Assembly: GCA_964234715.1 (NCBI GenBank)
Contig: OZ174280.1
Reading direction: 5' to 3' (one strand)
Source: Podarcis melisellensis
Taxonomy: Eukaryota
Length of the DNA: 64,000 nt
Part shown: positions 24,737-36,310 of the stretch, in pieces
Numbering within the stretch: position 1 is the first letter of the stretch
Layout of the letters: every line of letters begins with the position of its first letter
Made by a program: the position numbers and the translations under genes
Notes under the pieces: generated by a model
What the model saw: the letters and a program-made list of their open reading frames with translations, nothing else
Told to the model about the DNA's origin: nothing
Databases searched by the model: none

Positions 24737-24879
24737 GAGAGAGCCAGAGCAACTCCAGATAATAAAGAGAACCAAGAAAGGGGAAAGGAGAAAAAAAAAA
24801 GCGAAGAAAGAAAGAGAAAAGAAAAGAAAAGATATCTGACCTGACTCTGCCATCTACCTTAACAGAACCTCAACGAGAG

Positions 24880-25312
24880 CCGGCTCAGCAGAGCTTTAGA
24901 GAATGTAAAACATTGCTCAAAAGAGAGAGGGCTCGTTAGCAGCAACTGCCAGCCGGGTGTTTGGCTGGAATCCTTTTCACTTCCAGCTTCACTTTAGGTC
25001 GTAAGTGGTAATAAGTTTGTTGGTTTCTATTGCAGCTTCCCAATCTGCTCCCTTTAAGGGGAAATTTCCAGCGCATGCTCACTTTTTCTTTTGCACAACC
25101 AGCCAGCTGCCCGTAGCCTAGCGGTAGCCTAGCACAGGATGCCACAGGTCAGGATGAAGATGTGTTAGAAGCCCAGAACTTGAGGAAACTGATGTTTCAG
25201 GTGGTCTTTTTCTGGTAGCAAAGGACCAGATAAAAAGGGATGCCAAGCATCAGCATGGAGGGGCACCAGCAGAGGAGACAGTGCCTGCGTGAAGCCCAAG
25301 CAGCTGACGTCA
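24880..25312. promoter_or_regulatory. Candidate promoter/enhancer module
   Basis: Local CpG retention. CCAAT 25040-25044, kappaB-like GGGGAAATTTCC 25058-25069, NRF1-like GCGCATGCTC 25071-25080, and full CRE TGACGTCA 25305-25312 overlapping E-box CAGCTG. Confidence 0.4.
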
Positions 25313-27307
25313 GAATGATTACATCCCTCTAATGCACAAACACTGTTGTTACTTGTCTCCTTCTGTCACAATAGGGCACTCCAAAGGACAGAATATTGAA
25401 GAGGCTATTCCAAGCAGCTAGGATTCATGAAAAATAGTGCCTTCATTTTTTAATGAGTATTAATAAATAAGAGAGCATCTAAGAAATACTAAAGGAATAA
25501 AGTCTGTGGGGCTCAGTGCAGGAAGTACAATATTCCAATGGTCTGGTATTGCTGGGCTACATTGCTCATGTTCAACTGCATTCACACAAGCCTTGCAATT
25601 AGTTACCCATGACAAGTGATTATCTATTGGATTTGATATTTATATACTTGGGTCTATTTGACCCCAAACCAACCCAATACCAACTAGTAAGCAAGTGACT
25701 AGCTTTGCCAATGAGAAACAAGAAAGAGGTGTCAGCACACTAGGGGGAACCCTGAGGTTTGCAAACATAGGTGGCTTTAACACGGGGTTTAAAAACATAC
25801 AGAAGGGGCCCCAAAAACAACCCAATGAGGACTGCTTTCTCTCTCACCTTCAGTTTCCCCTTGTTCAAATAAGGGAAATTGCAGGAAGGAAGAAAAGAAA
25901 TAATAGAATATATCCTAAAATTAATGTCAGGAAAAATTAAGGTTGTAATGTGTTATGCATAGTTAAGGTGTAGGCAAATAAGTCTTTCCACTGAAGGTTC
26001 AATTCATTTCCTGTTCTCTCCCTGTTAATGAAGATCATTAAGGCATATATATCCTCTTGCTGCGATGGTGCCCAAACCACTTTCCCCTGGAAAAAAGATG
26101 GAAACCATTGACATTGACTAGAGTAGTCTCTACGCAGTAAACTGTGATGTTATATGCCTACTCTAAAGCATCTGGAACTGGACACTGTTAGAAATAATAT
26201 AGCTATAATACTGGGCTAGATGGGCCATTGGTTTGACCCCCAAAAGATTGTTCTTATATTATGCACTGCTCCACTGATGTTTTAATAGTCTTTCATATCT
26301 CATCCCATTAACTATCCTGCCCCTGCTTAAATCCCTCAAAAAGCCTCATCTCGATCCTGTGCCTAACCTCCCTCTGTCTGCAAGGACCTTGGGTGTGCAC
26401 TGCTTCATGCATCATGAGGTACAGAGCTAACACAGCATGTGCCAAATCACATCTACCACAGGTGGATTTTAATGCCATGTTAAATGTTGAGGCAGGATAC
26501 TGCCCCCTTTCCGATACTGCCGCTTCCAAAAAATAAAAATAAAAAAATCCCCCACAGAAGGCTAGGGTGGCTTTTAAAAAACTATTCTATATTACTTCAA
26601 GCTTTGAAGTACAGAGAATAGCAACACTCACATGCGGGTTGATTTTTCTTTTTAAATGCTGCCTTTATCAGAATAAATCTTTTCCTCCTCTGTATCACTG
26701 GAGATAGATAATCAAGTCAAAAAAGAAAGTCTCTTCTAACAATAGATTTCTTTTTCTTTCTGAACTTCAAATGGGAAACTCTTATCTCCAGCCACAGTTG
26801 ACCAAGAGAAGAAAAGAACAGAACACACAGGCACACTCACCAAACCTTCCATTTACTCCAAAGGCCATGCTAACTCCACATACCCGCACCACTTCCCCCT
26901 CTGCTTAACAGAGAGAGGCATTCAGAACATTTTATAGGACGTATTTACTCACTAGAAACACTCTTGAAACAGAATGCTCCTTTTTGCTCAGAAGATGAAC
27001 TTTGGTCTCTAAAATGGTATCTTGCCAGGTAAGTGTAGCTGCTCTGAGCATGAGAGATTTTCAAAGACATCTTCCATACCCAATCCTCTCTGACCAGCAC
27101 TGTGAGCTTCCCAAAGGTATCTGGGGATCCAGCTTTGGGAAATGTTCCCATTTTTTCCAGTTCTTCATTGCCAGTATATCTGGGGGACTCCTTTTGTTCC
27201 CATACAAAACCATTGTGGCTTTAACCCTTTGAATTATCACTGGAGGTTACAAATCTCCTTAGGAAAATCATGGGGGATTTCATAAGGCACTGATTTGGAG
27301 AAACATA

Positions 27308-27660
27308 GGGGCGCGGGTGGCGCTGTGGGTAAAACCTCAGTGCCTAGGACTTGCTGATCGTATGGTTGGCGGTTCGAATCCTCGCGGCAGGGTGAGGTCC
27401 CATCTTTCGGTCCCAGCTCCTTCCCACCTAGCAGTTCGAAAGCACTCCTAAGTGCAAGTAGATAAATACGGACCGCTTTATAACGGGAAAGTAAACGGCG
27501 TTTCCGTGTGCTGCGCTGGCTCACCAGAGGCAGCTTCGTCACGCTGGCCATGTGACTCAGAAGTGTCTTCAGACAGTGCTGACTCCCGGCCTCTTGAGCA
27601 AGATGAGCGCGCAACCCTAGAGTTGGACACGACTGGCCCGTACGGGCAGGGGTACCTTTT
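27308..27660 (+). mobile_element. Sauria SINE (Squam1), full length
   Basis: Collinear with 15415-15772. B box GGTTCGAATCC, short ACCTTT tail, degenerate TSD. Confidence 0.96.
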
Positions 27661-29286
27661 ATGGCGAACCTACACTTAGCTTTTGCCCCGCTATTTTCAG
27701 GCACAGGCCCATGCTTAAAAACTCTGAGTCCGAGCCTTTGTTTGTTTCTGCCCGAAGCTTGTTTGTTTGTTTTTCTGTCTGTTTTTGCCTTGCTCTTTAG
27801 CACTCAATTGGAGCAAACCTCAATTCGAGTTTGAGCTTTAAAGAGCAGGTTTTCTGAGAGAAAGCTCCAGAACAAATGGGGGAGGGCGCCTCTCTCCGAT
27901 AAAAAAAAAATCAGATATAAGTAGTTTAAGCCAGTGAAAATATGACCATATACAGCTACTAGCCCAGAAAAAATACAATCCCGAAACAAAATACTATAAT
28001 TTCCTTTGTAATTTGTTCAAAATATCAATTATTCTACTAATGTCTATGGAAACACCACTGGCTTTCTCTGAGGAATCTGCATTAGAGCAGTCTCAGAAGC
28101 CTCCCTCTCACATGGGATTATCTATCATACAAGGTACCCTCACTTCAAGCTGCCTGATGACTGATGTTCCACTAGCAGCATGTTGGGATTGGCTGAGCAC
28201 CCAGACAAATGCTCTATAATCCCTTTTTTCCCTCTCCTCTGCCAATGTCTCCCATGAGAGGTGTGATGATAGACGGTGACATAACTGACTGTTCCCAATC
28301 AAGGTAATGTAAGTAATGACAGCTGACGTGATTCCTGGAACGTGTTTCCAGCGGTCGGCCTATCTGCTTTGCCTACTATAGCAGAACATGGCAGCGCGTA
28401 CGGAAAGGGGGGAAGCGGGGGAAGAACCTTAGCACAGGTCTTAAAAAAGTTAAAGAGTGCCTACTGGAAGATCTAAACCGAAAAACTGCATCAAAACCAG
28501 AAGTAGCACAAAGGCCCCATTAACACATAATCTGCCCCAGGAAAGAACTCCAATAACCTAAACTCCTCTCATGCTTTGGTGGGAGTCCAAGAGGTGAAAT
28601 TGTGTGACTAAGTGGTACCCACAGTCATGGTGACATGAACACCTGCTACTTGAAAACCTCCAAGCTCAGAATGGCTTCATATGTTACAGAAAAATGTGCC
28701 GGCAGGGAAGCAGAGATGTGGGGAATACGTGTCTGATTTCCACAGTTCATTCAGGCTCTGAAGCAGCAGTCCACAAATCTTGGCTGACATTATTAGTGAC
28801 CATTCCCAGCCCTACGACTCCCCTGAGTTTTCTGCCATACACAAAAGGATCTATGGGTAAAGAGCAGTGGACTTCTCCCTTTGCACCAAGCTGGGAGACA
28901 CCCCAAAGCAGTAAGAATATCTTTGAACCCTGCAATCCAAATCCCAGCCCAGTACAGAGGACTGGAGGAAAGGGAGGGGTTAATGTCTCACTCCACAACA
29001 GGCAAAAAGCGCTTCCCCCAAAGGTGAGAGAGACTTCCCCACCCCACCCCATGGCATAAAGGAAGGTGACTGGGCTGCAATTCTAGTGGCTTTGGTTTGA
29101 TAGGCAATGAGTCATGTGCAACTCTGGGGATGTCTGTTGAGTCTGCAAACCATAAAGGCAGCAGCAAAAGCTGGCTGCTCTAACTAACTTGATCTTAAAA
29201 TGACACAATTGCTGCTGCACCTTATCCTCGTATAGCTTGGGGTTAGTGAGCCTGTCAAAGCAACAGCAGGGAGGAGGAACAACAAA

Positions 29287-29700
29287 TGTCATGGACAGGT
29301 TGGACCCAGAGGAATGGTGGGAGGAACCAGCCAGGGTACCACCAAGGGAAGGAGGAGGCTCAGAGCCCGGAGAGTGGTGGTGAGATGACAGAGATTGATT
29401 GGAGGGAGAAGACTGGGAAGAAGAAGTGTCGGGAGCTGAAGGGGTAACAAGCCTTAGTGAGCTGGGAGAGTCTGTGGCAGAGGCAAAAGCTGGAGCAGGC
29501 AAGTGGAAAGAGGGAGGCCAAGAGGCAGAGATGAGTCAGGCTGGTGAAGAGTCATGAGTGTCTCCACCTCCTGCTGCAACTATTTCCCCTCACCACTTGT
29601 CTTCCAGAACCAGAAGAGGCATGAAAAGTGTTGAGGAGAGGTTGGCTGCACACAGGAGCAGTCTTTGATTGCTTGGGGAAAGCCCTGGAATGGAGTGGAA
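29287..29700 (+). mobile_element. Probable truncated LTR-like repeat
   Basis: Abrupt purine/G-rich block starting TGTCATGG. No CA end or TSD could be defined. Assignment is from resemblance only. Confidence 0.4.
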
Positions 29701-30999
29701 TCTAATATTAACAAATGCAAAACACTTGGAACCCCTGGATTGGGAAGGACTAGGGAAGTCAAAGGGTTATGTGGACTATTTAATTTCTTTCTGCACTGGA
29801 AAGCTATGGAAATTTGTATGGGAACATAGTGAAAATATCAGTAAGTATTTGAAAGTAGGTAATACAGAATAATCTGAGCAGTGCTTAATTTAAAGACAAA
29901 TAGGTAAGAGAAGTTCTATTAATAATAGAATCTCAGCAAATACAAGAGGGGTGGTCCAGTTAGTGCTGACCAAGGAGAACTAAACCCACTCGCCCTCCTT
30001 GGGCACATCCATGGAAGAACCCTTACAAAGTTGCAAGTTGCTCATCGTATCTCACCCAGAAAAAAAATTGCATGGAACGTGCCATCATTTACCTCTTGCG
30101 CTATTGCTCAGCAGAGCTAATAAATCTTGCATGAGCAGAGCAGATTGTAATTTTCTAATATGAAAAGGCATTTGGATTGAAAGAGGGAGGGAAAGATAAA
30201 AGTGATTGAATCCCAAGTAGCCCAGGGTCAGTGACAAGACACTCCCAAGAAGCATGGCTCCCTCTTCTCTCTCAAGCTTTTCATACATCCATTTCTCCCT
30301 GCTCTCCACATGTTCTGTCTTAACTTCCCTTATTGACAGCACTTTGCTTTAAATGGTTACACAAGTTATCATTTTCCCCTTCTGATCAATCTGAATTTTC
30401 AGGGCAATTACCCTCTTAATCAATTATTGCCACCCAAAGCCCCTCAGATTCTTCCTCAGACAAGCAGTTACACCTCTCTGGTGCAGACAGTACACACAGA
30501 AGCAATGAAGCTGGGGGCAACGCCAGCACAGGCAAGTCTATCTTACACAGACACACCTGTCTGCTGCAAGACTGGAAAAGTGTGAAGGCCACTTCAAGGA
30601 ACACCTGATGAAAAGAAATGAGCATGTGTAGGTGGAAGGCCATTAGAGAAGGAAAGCAATATGTAAGGATCCACAAGTAAAGGGGGGAACCAATCGCCTA
30701 GCTGGAAAGTAAACAAATTTATGCAGCCAGGCTGCCTGTAGACCATGAAGAAGCTACATGATTAAGGACTGCTTAATGCCTAGAAAGGCAAATAAAGAGC
30801 CACAATATTTGACAAGGCCCAAAATCAGCAGTCCAACTGCTTCAGTACGTGTCCATTTCACAACAAAACCCATATTAACCACACCGCTACTCAACTGACT
30901 TCTGGCAGCTTTGTTATGACACAATAAATGTGAGTTGAACTCAAGTCCAAGACAGTGCTGCACAGACCCTCTCAACCCACACCCACAATAAACCTAGTA

Positions 31000-31234
31000 C
31001 AGTGGTACCTCGGGTTACATACGCTTCAGGTTACATACGCTTCAGGTTACAGACTCCTCTAACCCAGAAATAGTACCTTGGGTTTAGAACTTTGCTTCAG
31101 GATGAGAACAGAAATCGTGCTCCGGTGGCACAGCAGCAGCGGGAGGCCCCATTAGCTAAAATGGTGCTTCAGGTTAAGAACAGTTTCAGGTGGACCTCTG
31201 GAACGAATTAGGTTCTTAACCCGAGGTACCGCTG
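31000..31234. mobile_element. Tc1/mariner (Tigger/pogo-like) MITE, copy 2
   Basis: TIRs CAGTGGTACCTCGGGTTA / TAACCCGAGGTACCGCTG with TA TSD. Homologous to 5382-5611. Confidence 0.94.
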
Positions 31235-31689
31235 TATGTCTTAAGAATCTGCAAATTTCTTACAAGAATCTGGTACATTTCCTGTTAATGGCAAAATTCC
31301 ACTTTAGTAACTCTTAAAATATAAAATTTGTTGGCTAGAATTGTTTGATTAAGCAATTCTTCTGGCTTAAATCACACTGATTGCAGAAAGCAACCTCTCT
31401 CAAAATGTGCTGTTGTTTTTTTATCAAGGATACAGATTCCAACTACTCTTTCTGAATTTGTTGTGCTACATTCTTTTTCAACTAAAGCTCAGAAAGATTA
31501 AGTTATGCCAGCAAGATTTTACTGAGTAAACACAATCCTGTTCCCATGTGGAATTTTGTATACACTCTTTGGTCCTATAGAATCTAGAAAAGCAGAAGAA
31601 ATCTTGTGGAATCTGCTTCAACTGCTCCTACTATCTCCAAGTTCACTTTAGAGGCAACACCATCAACATTTTGAGAAGGACAGCCGGTG

Positions 31690-32172
31690 TTCTATAATGC
31701 TAGTGCTAATAGTGCTAACAGATTTTTTCCAGGTGCTGCAAGGTCTTTGCCAATCTGACCCACAAGATAACATGATAGATCCCTGGAAGCCAGCTGTGAC
31801 ATGCGTACTACGCGTTTTGAAGTTAAAAATGCTTGTATGAATTTCAACGTGATCTCTGCTTTATGTGCAAGTCCATGAGTGAATACACCCAGAGCACCAT
31901 CTAGTCTTGTTTTCAGTTGTGGAGGATCAATGTTGTTGACAAGGTGCTTGGAGAACTGCAATTAACCTGTTTGCTTGCCCCTTGCCCCTCCGAGATTTTA
32001 ACATCAAATGGTAGAGGATTGGCCAGCTGAATCCAGGAAGTTATAAGTGTCTCAGCCGCATTTAAAGAGAGGGTCATAAGGCCACTCTTGAAAAAATCCC
32101 CTCTAGGCCTCTCAGTATGATTTCAGTTATAAGTTAATCATAAAAATTCCCTTTGGGGACAAGGTACTCAAA
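31690..32172 (+). mobile_element. Decayed L2 ORF2 internal fragment
   Basis: From 31911 reads FQL...VDKVLGEL..TCLLAPCPS...FKERVIRPLLKKSPL, followed by IPFGDKVL. These resemble L2 motifs upstream of the RT domain (TCxLDPCPS, VxPLLKKPSLD, PFLGKVLE). Stops present. Confidence 0.75.
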
Positions 32173-32179
32173 CAGACAA

Positions 32180-32295
32180 TAACATAAGAAGAGTCCTCCT
32201 GGTTCCAGGAAGCTCATCTTCTCCAGTATCCTACTCTCACAGTGGCCAACCAGATGCCTATGGGAAGCCTCCAAGATGATCCTGAGTGAAACAGC
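32180..32295 (-). mobile_element. CR1-type LINE 3' end fragment
   Basis: AACATAAGAAGAG...TCTCACAGTGGCCAACCAGATGCCTATG is the reverse complement of the CR1 end at about 47280-47360. Confidence 0.7.
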
Positions 32296-35200
32296 AGAAC
32301 ATAGCCAGCATGGGTAATAGTGAGTGACAGTCTCAGTGGATCTGATTTGATTTAACATTATATTATGTTTTCCCCAAAACAAATACTGAACTCAAAGCGG
32401 CTCACAATATTCACAGTAGCATCAAAACAAACACATTGCAATCACTCTATCAAACACAATACCATATAAATAAAACAAGCAGCAGCAACAAATTCACCAA
32501 AACAATTTATACAATTCAGTAACTCCAGACAGTTTTGGATGACAATGATTCCAGCCCAGTTTTGGCATTTAAAAGTGAAGCTCACCTTCATGTGCCTCCT
32601 TTACAAGAAGAGAGAAGAGCTTTTTTTAGCACTACAGCCCACATAATATTCTACCTGGAGCCAATATTTACATTTTTTGGCACCAGGCAAAAATGTTTTT
32701 GCTGAATCATGCATTTTTAACTGCTGGAAATGAATTTTGTAAATTTTATTCATTGTTTTATTATTGTATTTTGCTATGAGTATTGATTGTGCAGTGCCCT
32801 GAAATACAAAAGGGTGAAGAGGAGAATAAAAAAGCTTTAAATGAACAACCCTCCTGGTACTTTTTGCAGGTTTCAGCACTATCAGCCACGATATCCTTCT
32901 TGCTTGGCTACATGAGATGTGCACTGGGGACACTGGGCCACAGTGGTTCCATCCATACCTAGGTGGCCATTTCCAGAAAGTGATATTGAGGGACTACTAC
33001 TCTGCCCCGTGGCATTTACGACAGGGTTCCACTCCAAGTTCTATTGAAAACTACTGAGCAAGTTCATCCGGGGATTTGGGGGTGTAATGTCATTAATATG
33101 CTGAGGCTCAAAAGTGTCCTATATCTGCCTAAAAATAAATGCATATATAAACGTATGACATTCAGAAGTAGCTGGATGCAGAATTCCCTACATGCCATTC
33201 AAAGTTGCTGATAAACTAACAAAGTGCCAAGGTTTTTACTTAAGTTCTTCATAACTGAACAGTTCACTTTCCATTCTATGGGTTACACAGGAAATCCATG
33301 CTCAACCCTCCTTCCCACCACCCATTCTTTATGGGTCCTGCTTCTCCAGATGCACTTTGAAATATAAATCTTGCCCTTCTTCACAGAGAAAAATACCTAG
33401 GATCCCTGGCATCTTCATTTTAAAGGTTTTTGGTAGCAGATGTCTATTTGAAGACCCACTATCACTGGGCCAGATAGTCCAAGTGTCTTGATTCCAATTA
33501 TAAAGACAACTTTGGAAGATTTCAGATTAGTGCTTGAAGGGTAAACAAGCATGTAAGACATAAACATTAAGACACCATCCTGAAGTAGCAGTATTCTCAA
33601 ATGGCAAGTATATTTCACCCTTAATTTAGGTAACTTTGAGGATGATGCTCCTGCAGAAGGAGCACTGGCTTCACCCATCAGGCTGGCAGCCAAAAGGTGC
33701 CTGCAGAGACAGGAGAGCCTGGAAGGGCCAGCATGTCAGCAGGCCAGTCGTCGGCAAAATGCCTGACTGATGGCCCTGAGCTTCACTAGCTATTTTACAT
33801 GGAGTATGGCTGATCAAAGCTATCCCCACTGTGTACTATGGAGCAATAAAAATAAAAAAACCCACAGGAAGAATTCCTTAGGCAGGTAATGGGCACTTTA
33901 TTCCTTTTTATGGCACTAAACATAGGCAGCTGGCATAATTACACTACAATAAAGGCATAATGTGCACCCAGCAGAACGAATGCGAGGCTTCTGATAATTA
34001 GGCAGAGCAAACAGTCTGGGATTCAACCACATGGTTTTACTTGGTCTCCTGGATCTGTCTGAGCCCAATTCCCAAAGCAGGCCAAGTCTGTCCCCCATGA
34101 AATCTTAACCCAGCTCAACTTTATCCTGGCTAGGATTGCTCTCTTTATTATTGCTTGTTTCTCCAATCTCACAAGATAAGAAGCACAGCCCCAGCTAGGA
34201 TCCCGTAGCTCTACTAACAGAAACGTATCAATTCAAAAGAATATATGGGACCTAGATGGTAACACAGAGTTGTGCCTTGGGTCTCTGTACTGACATTGGT
34301 ATAAACTTCTTTTTGGACAGCTGTATGCACCCAGCTCTGAGCAGGTTATAAAACAATACAGCAAAGAGCAAATGTTGTACTGTCAATCACTGCCCAACTA
34401 CTTATACGACGGAAATGGGGATCAATGAGAATAATACATGTTTGAGGGTGACTTGCTTTGAGAACCATGGCAGACACCCAGGATCTGTTGGTACTAAGGA
34501 CTAACCTATCAGTTCTGAAACAAAAAAAATTGAAGAATGGAAAAAGATAACATCAGGAGCCTTCAGAGCTATAGAATTCTCCTACTACCCCACAAACAGC
34601 AATTCCTCAGGTGTCAGGGTCTCATTAAGAATGATGATGATGATACCACCTTGCTGGACAGGTTTATAATCTTAAGCACTCACAACATGCAGCTGAGATC
34701 TAGGAGAGTAGCAAAATCTGAGCCAGCATTTCTAAACAGTCTTTAAAATATTAATCAAGAAAAGAAGAAGCAGATTTGCAAGATTGAGCAGAACTCAAAG
34801 TTTAGGGCTCAGCACGCTTGGATCATTGCAAGAGTTTCCTCAAGTGTAGGGAAAAAAACCTTTTTAGCGTGAGCATGTGCATCTGGGCTCTAATTGTCAT
34901 TGCTGAGAGTCAGTGTTACTACAATCTAGATTCCTTGGGGAGCAGACCCATATTTTTCACCCTACTAACAAGCCTCAATAACATAATCAGTACCCCTCTT
35001 TACAGCCAGAGTTGTGAGATCTTTCAGACATTTCTATTAACACCATTCTAACACTTCAGAAAGATGTTACCTGCAACCCTGGCCTTGGGACAGCCCTCGA
35101 TGACACACACTATGCTGGTATGGTTTTTACTAAAAACAGGTAACACTATGTTCCAAGAGTAAAAGGAGGCATTGCATATAGGAGAAATGAGGGTCACATG

Positions 35201-35488
35201 CAGTCTGGGAAGCAAGCAAGGGGCAGAGAAACAGAAAGGGGAATCTTGCCCATTTGGGCTCCAGTCCAAACCACAACGTCTTTTAGCCCGTTCCACTGAT
35301 GGCATGTAGACCCCACATTAAATTAATAAAGGGAATACAAGTAAATTGAGTCACTTAAGAGTCTGTCCCTCTCCCTCTCTGACTCACTCATGTTTCTAAG
35401 CAGTGTACAGGAAACCCAATAAAATACAATAAAAACAAGTGATAAGATCAGAATTCAGTTAAAAAGTCTGCCTGGAATTTTAAAAAGT

Positions 35489-35781
35489 GGTCCAGTATAC
35501 CTGAAGGAACATCTCCACCCCCACCATTCTGCACGGACACTGAGGTCCAGCTCAGGGGGCCTTCTACCTGGTTCCCTCACTGTGAGAAGCGAAGTTACAG
35601 GGAACCAGGCAGAGGGCCTTCTCGGTGGTGGTGCCCACCCTGTGGAACACCCTCCCATCAGATGACAAGGAAATAAATAACTATCTGACTTTTAGAAGAC
35701 ATATGAAGGCAGCCCTGTTTAGGGAAGCTTTTAATATTTGATGAATTATTGTATTTTAATATTTTGATGGAAGCCTCCCAG
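35489..35781 (+). mobile_element. L2-clade LINE 3' fragment
   Basis: Reads GPVYLKEHLHPHHSARTLRSS...TRQRAFSVVVPTLWNTLP, the same C-terminal motif series as the L2 at 12 kb, followed by an AT-rich 3' UTR. Confidence 0.88.
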
Positions 35782-36124
35782 GGTGCCATGAGGAAGAAAC
35801 TGCAAATACTAAATCTCAAAGCATTGTATTTTAACCTTCAGCCCCACTTCCCGCTCCCTAAGGGAATGAAATCTACAAAGGACCAATGGGACCTTTGCAC
35901 ATCTAGAATTCTTTATGTGTGCCACAGGAAGTGGAAGCGTGGGGGAAACAGGAGCTTGTGTATGATTTACCTTCCAATCTCTTTCCTAAGCCTTTTAACC
36001 CCTTCATAGCACATAGAATATGAAATGGATACCAGTCCCAGCAATACGTCTTCCCTTTCCTTCTGTCTACCAGATTCCATCCGATCATTTCCCACACATG
36101 TGGCAAGTGCCTCTCCACTCTCAC

Positions 36125-36310
36125 CTGGCCTGGAATGCAGCCCACGTTGCAGGATTATTGTAAGACATGCCCTGTCTTTAATCCCTTCTTCTCTAGTCTT
36201 GCTCTAGTATTGACTGCGGGGGAGGAAGGGTCAGGTGCGAGGTCAAGCTTGTCTCTTTCAACACTGGTACGCGACAAGCATTCCAGCCTCACAGCCGATT
36301 TCAAGATACA
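36125..36310 (-). other. Exon-shaped unique segment (186 nt; non-coding or poison-exon candidate)
   Basis: Acceptor TTGCTTTGCTGGATTTCAG| at 36311/36310 and donor CAG|GTGAGA at 36125/36124. Several retained CpGs. Stops in all three frames. Confidence 0.3.

Noticed and set aside
27237-27803. 188-aa ORF and similar ORFs at 457, 15465, 15535, 59952 and 59955
   Set aside because: They are translations through GC-rich Sauria SINE copies. Their mutual similarity reflects the SINE, not a protein family.
29083-29502. 139-aa Ser/Pro-rich ORF on minus
   Set aside because: Antisense translation of a purine-rich LTR-like repeat; low complexity, no splice or domain support.
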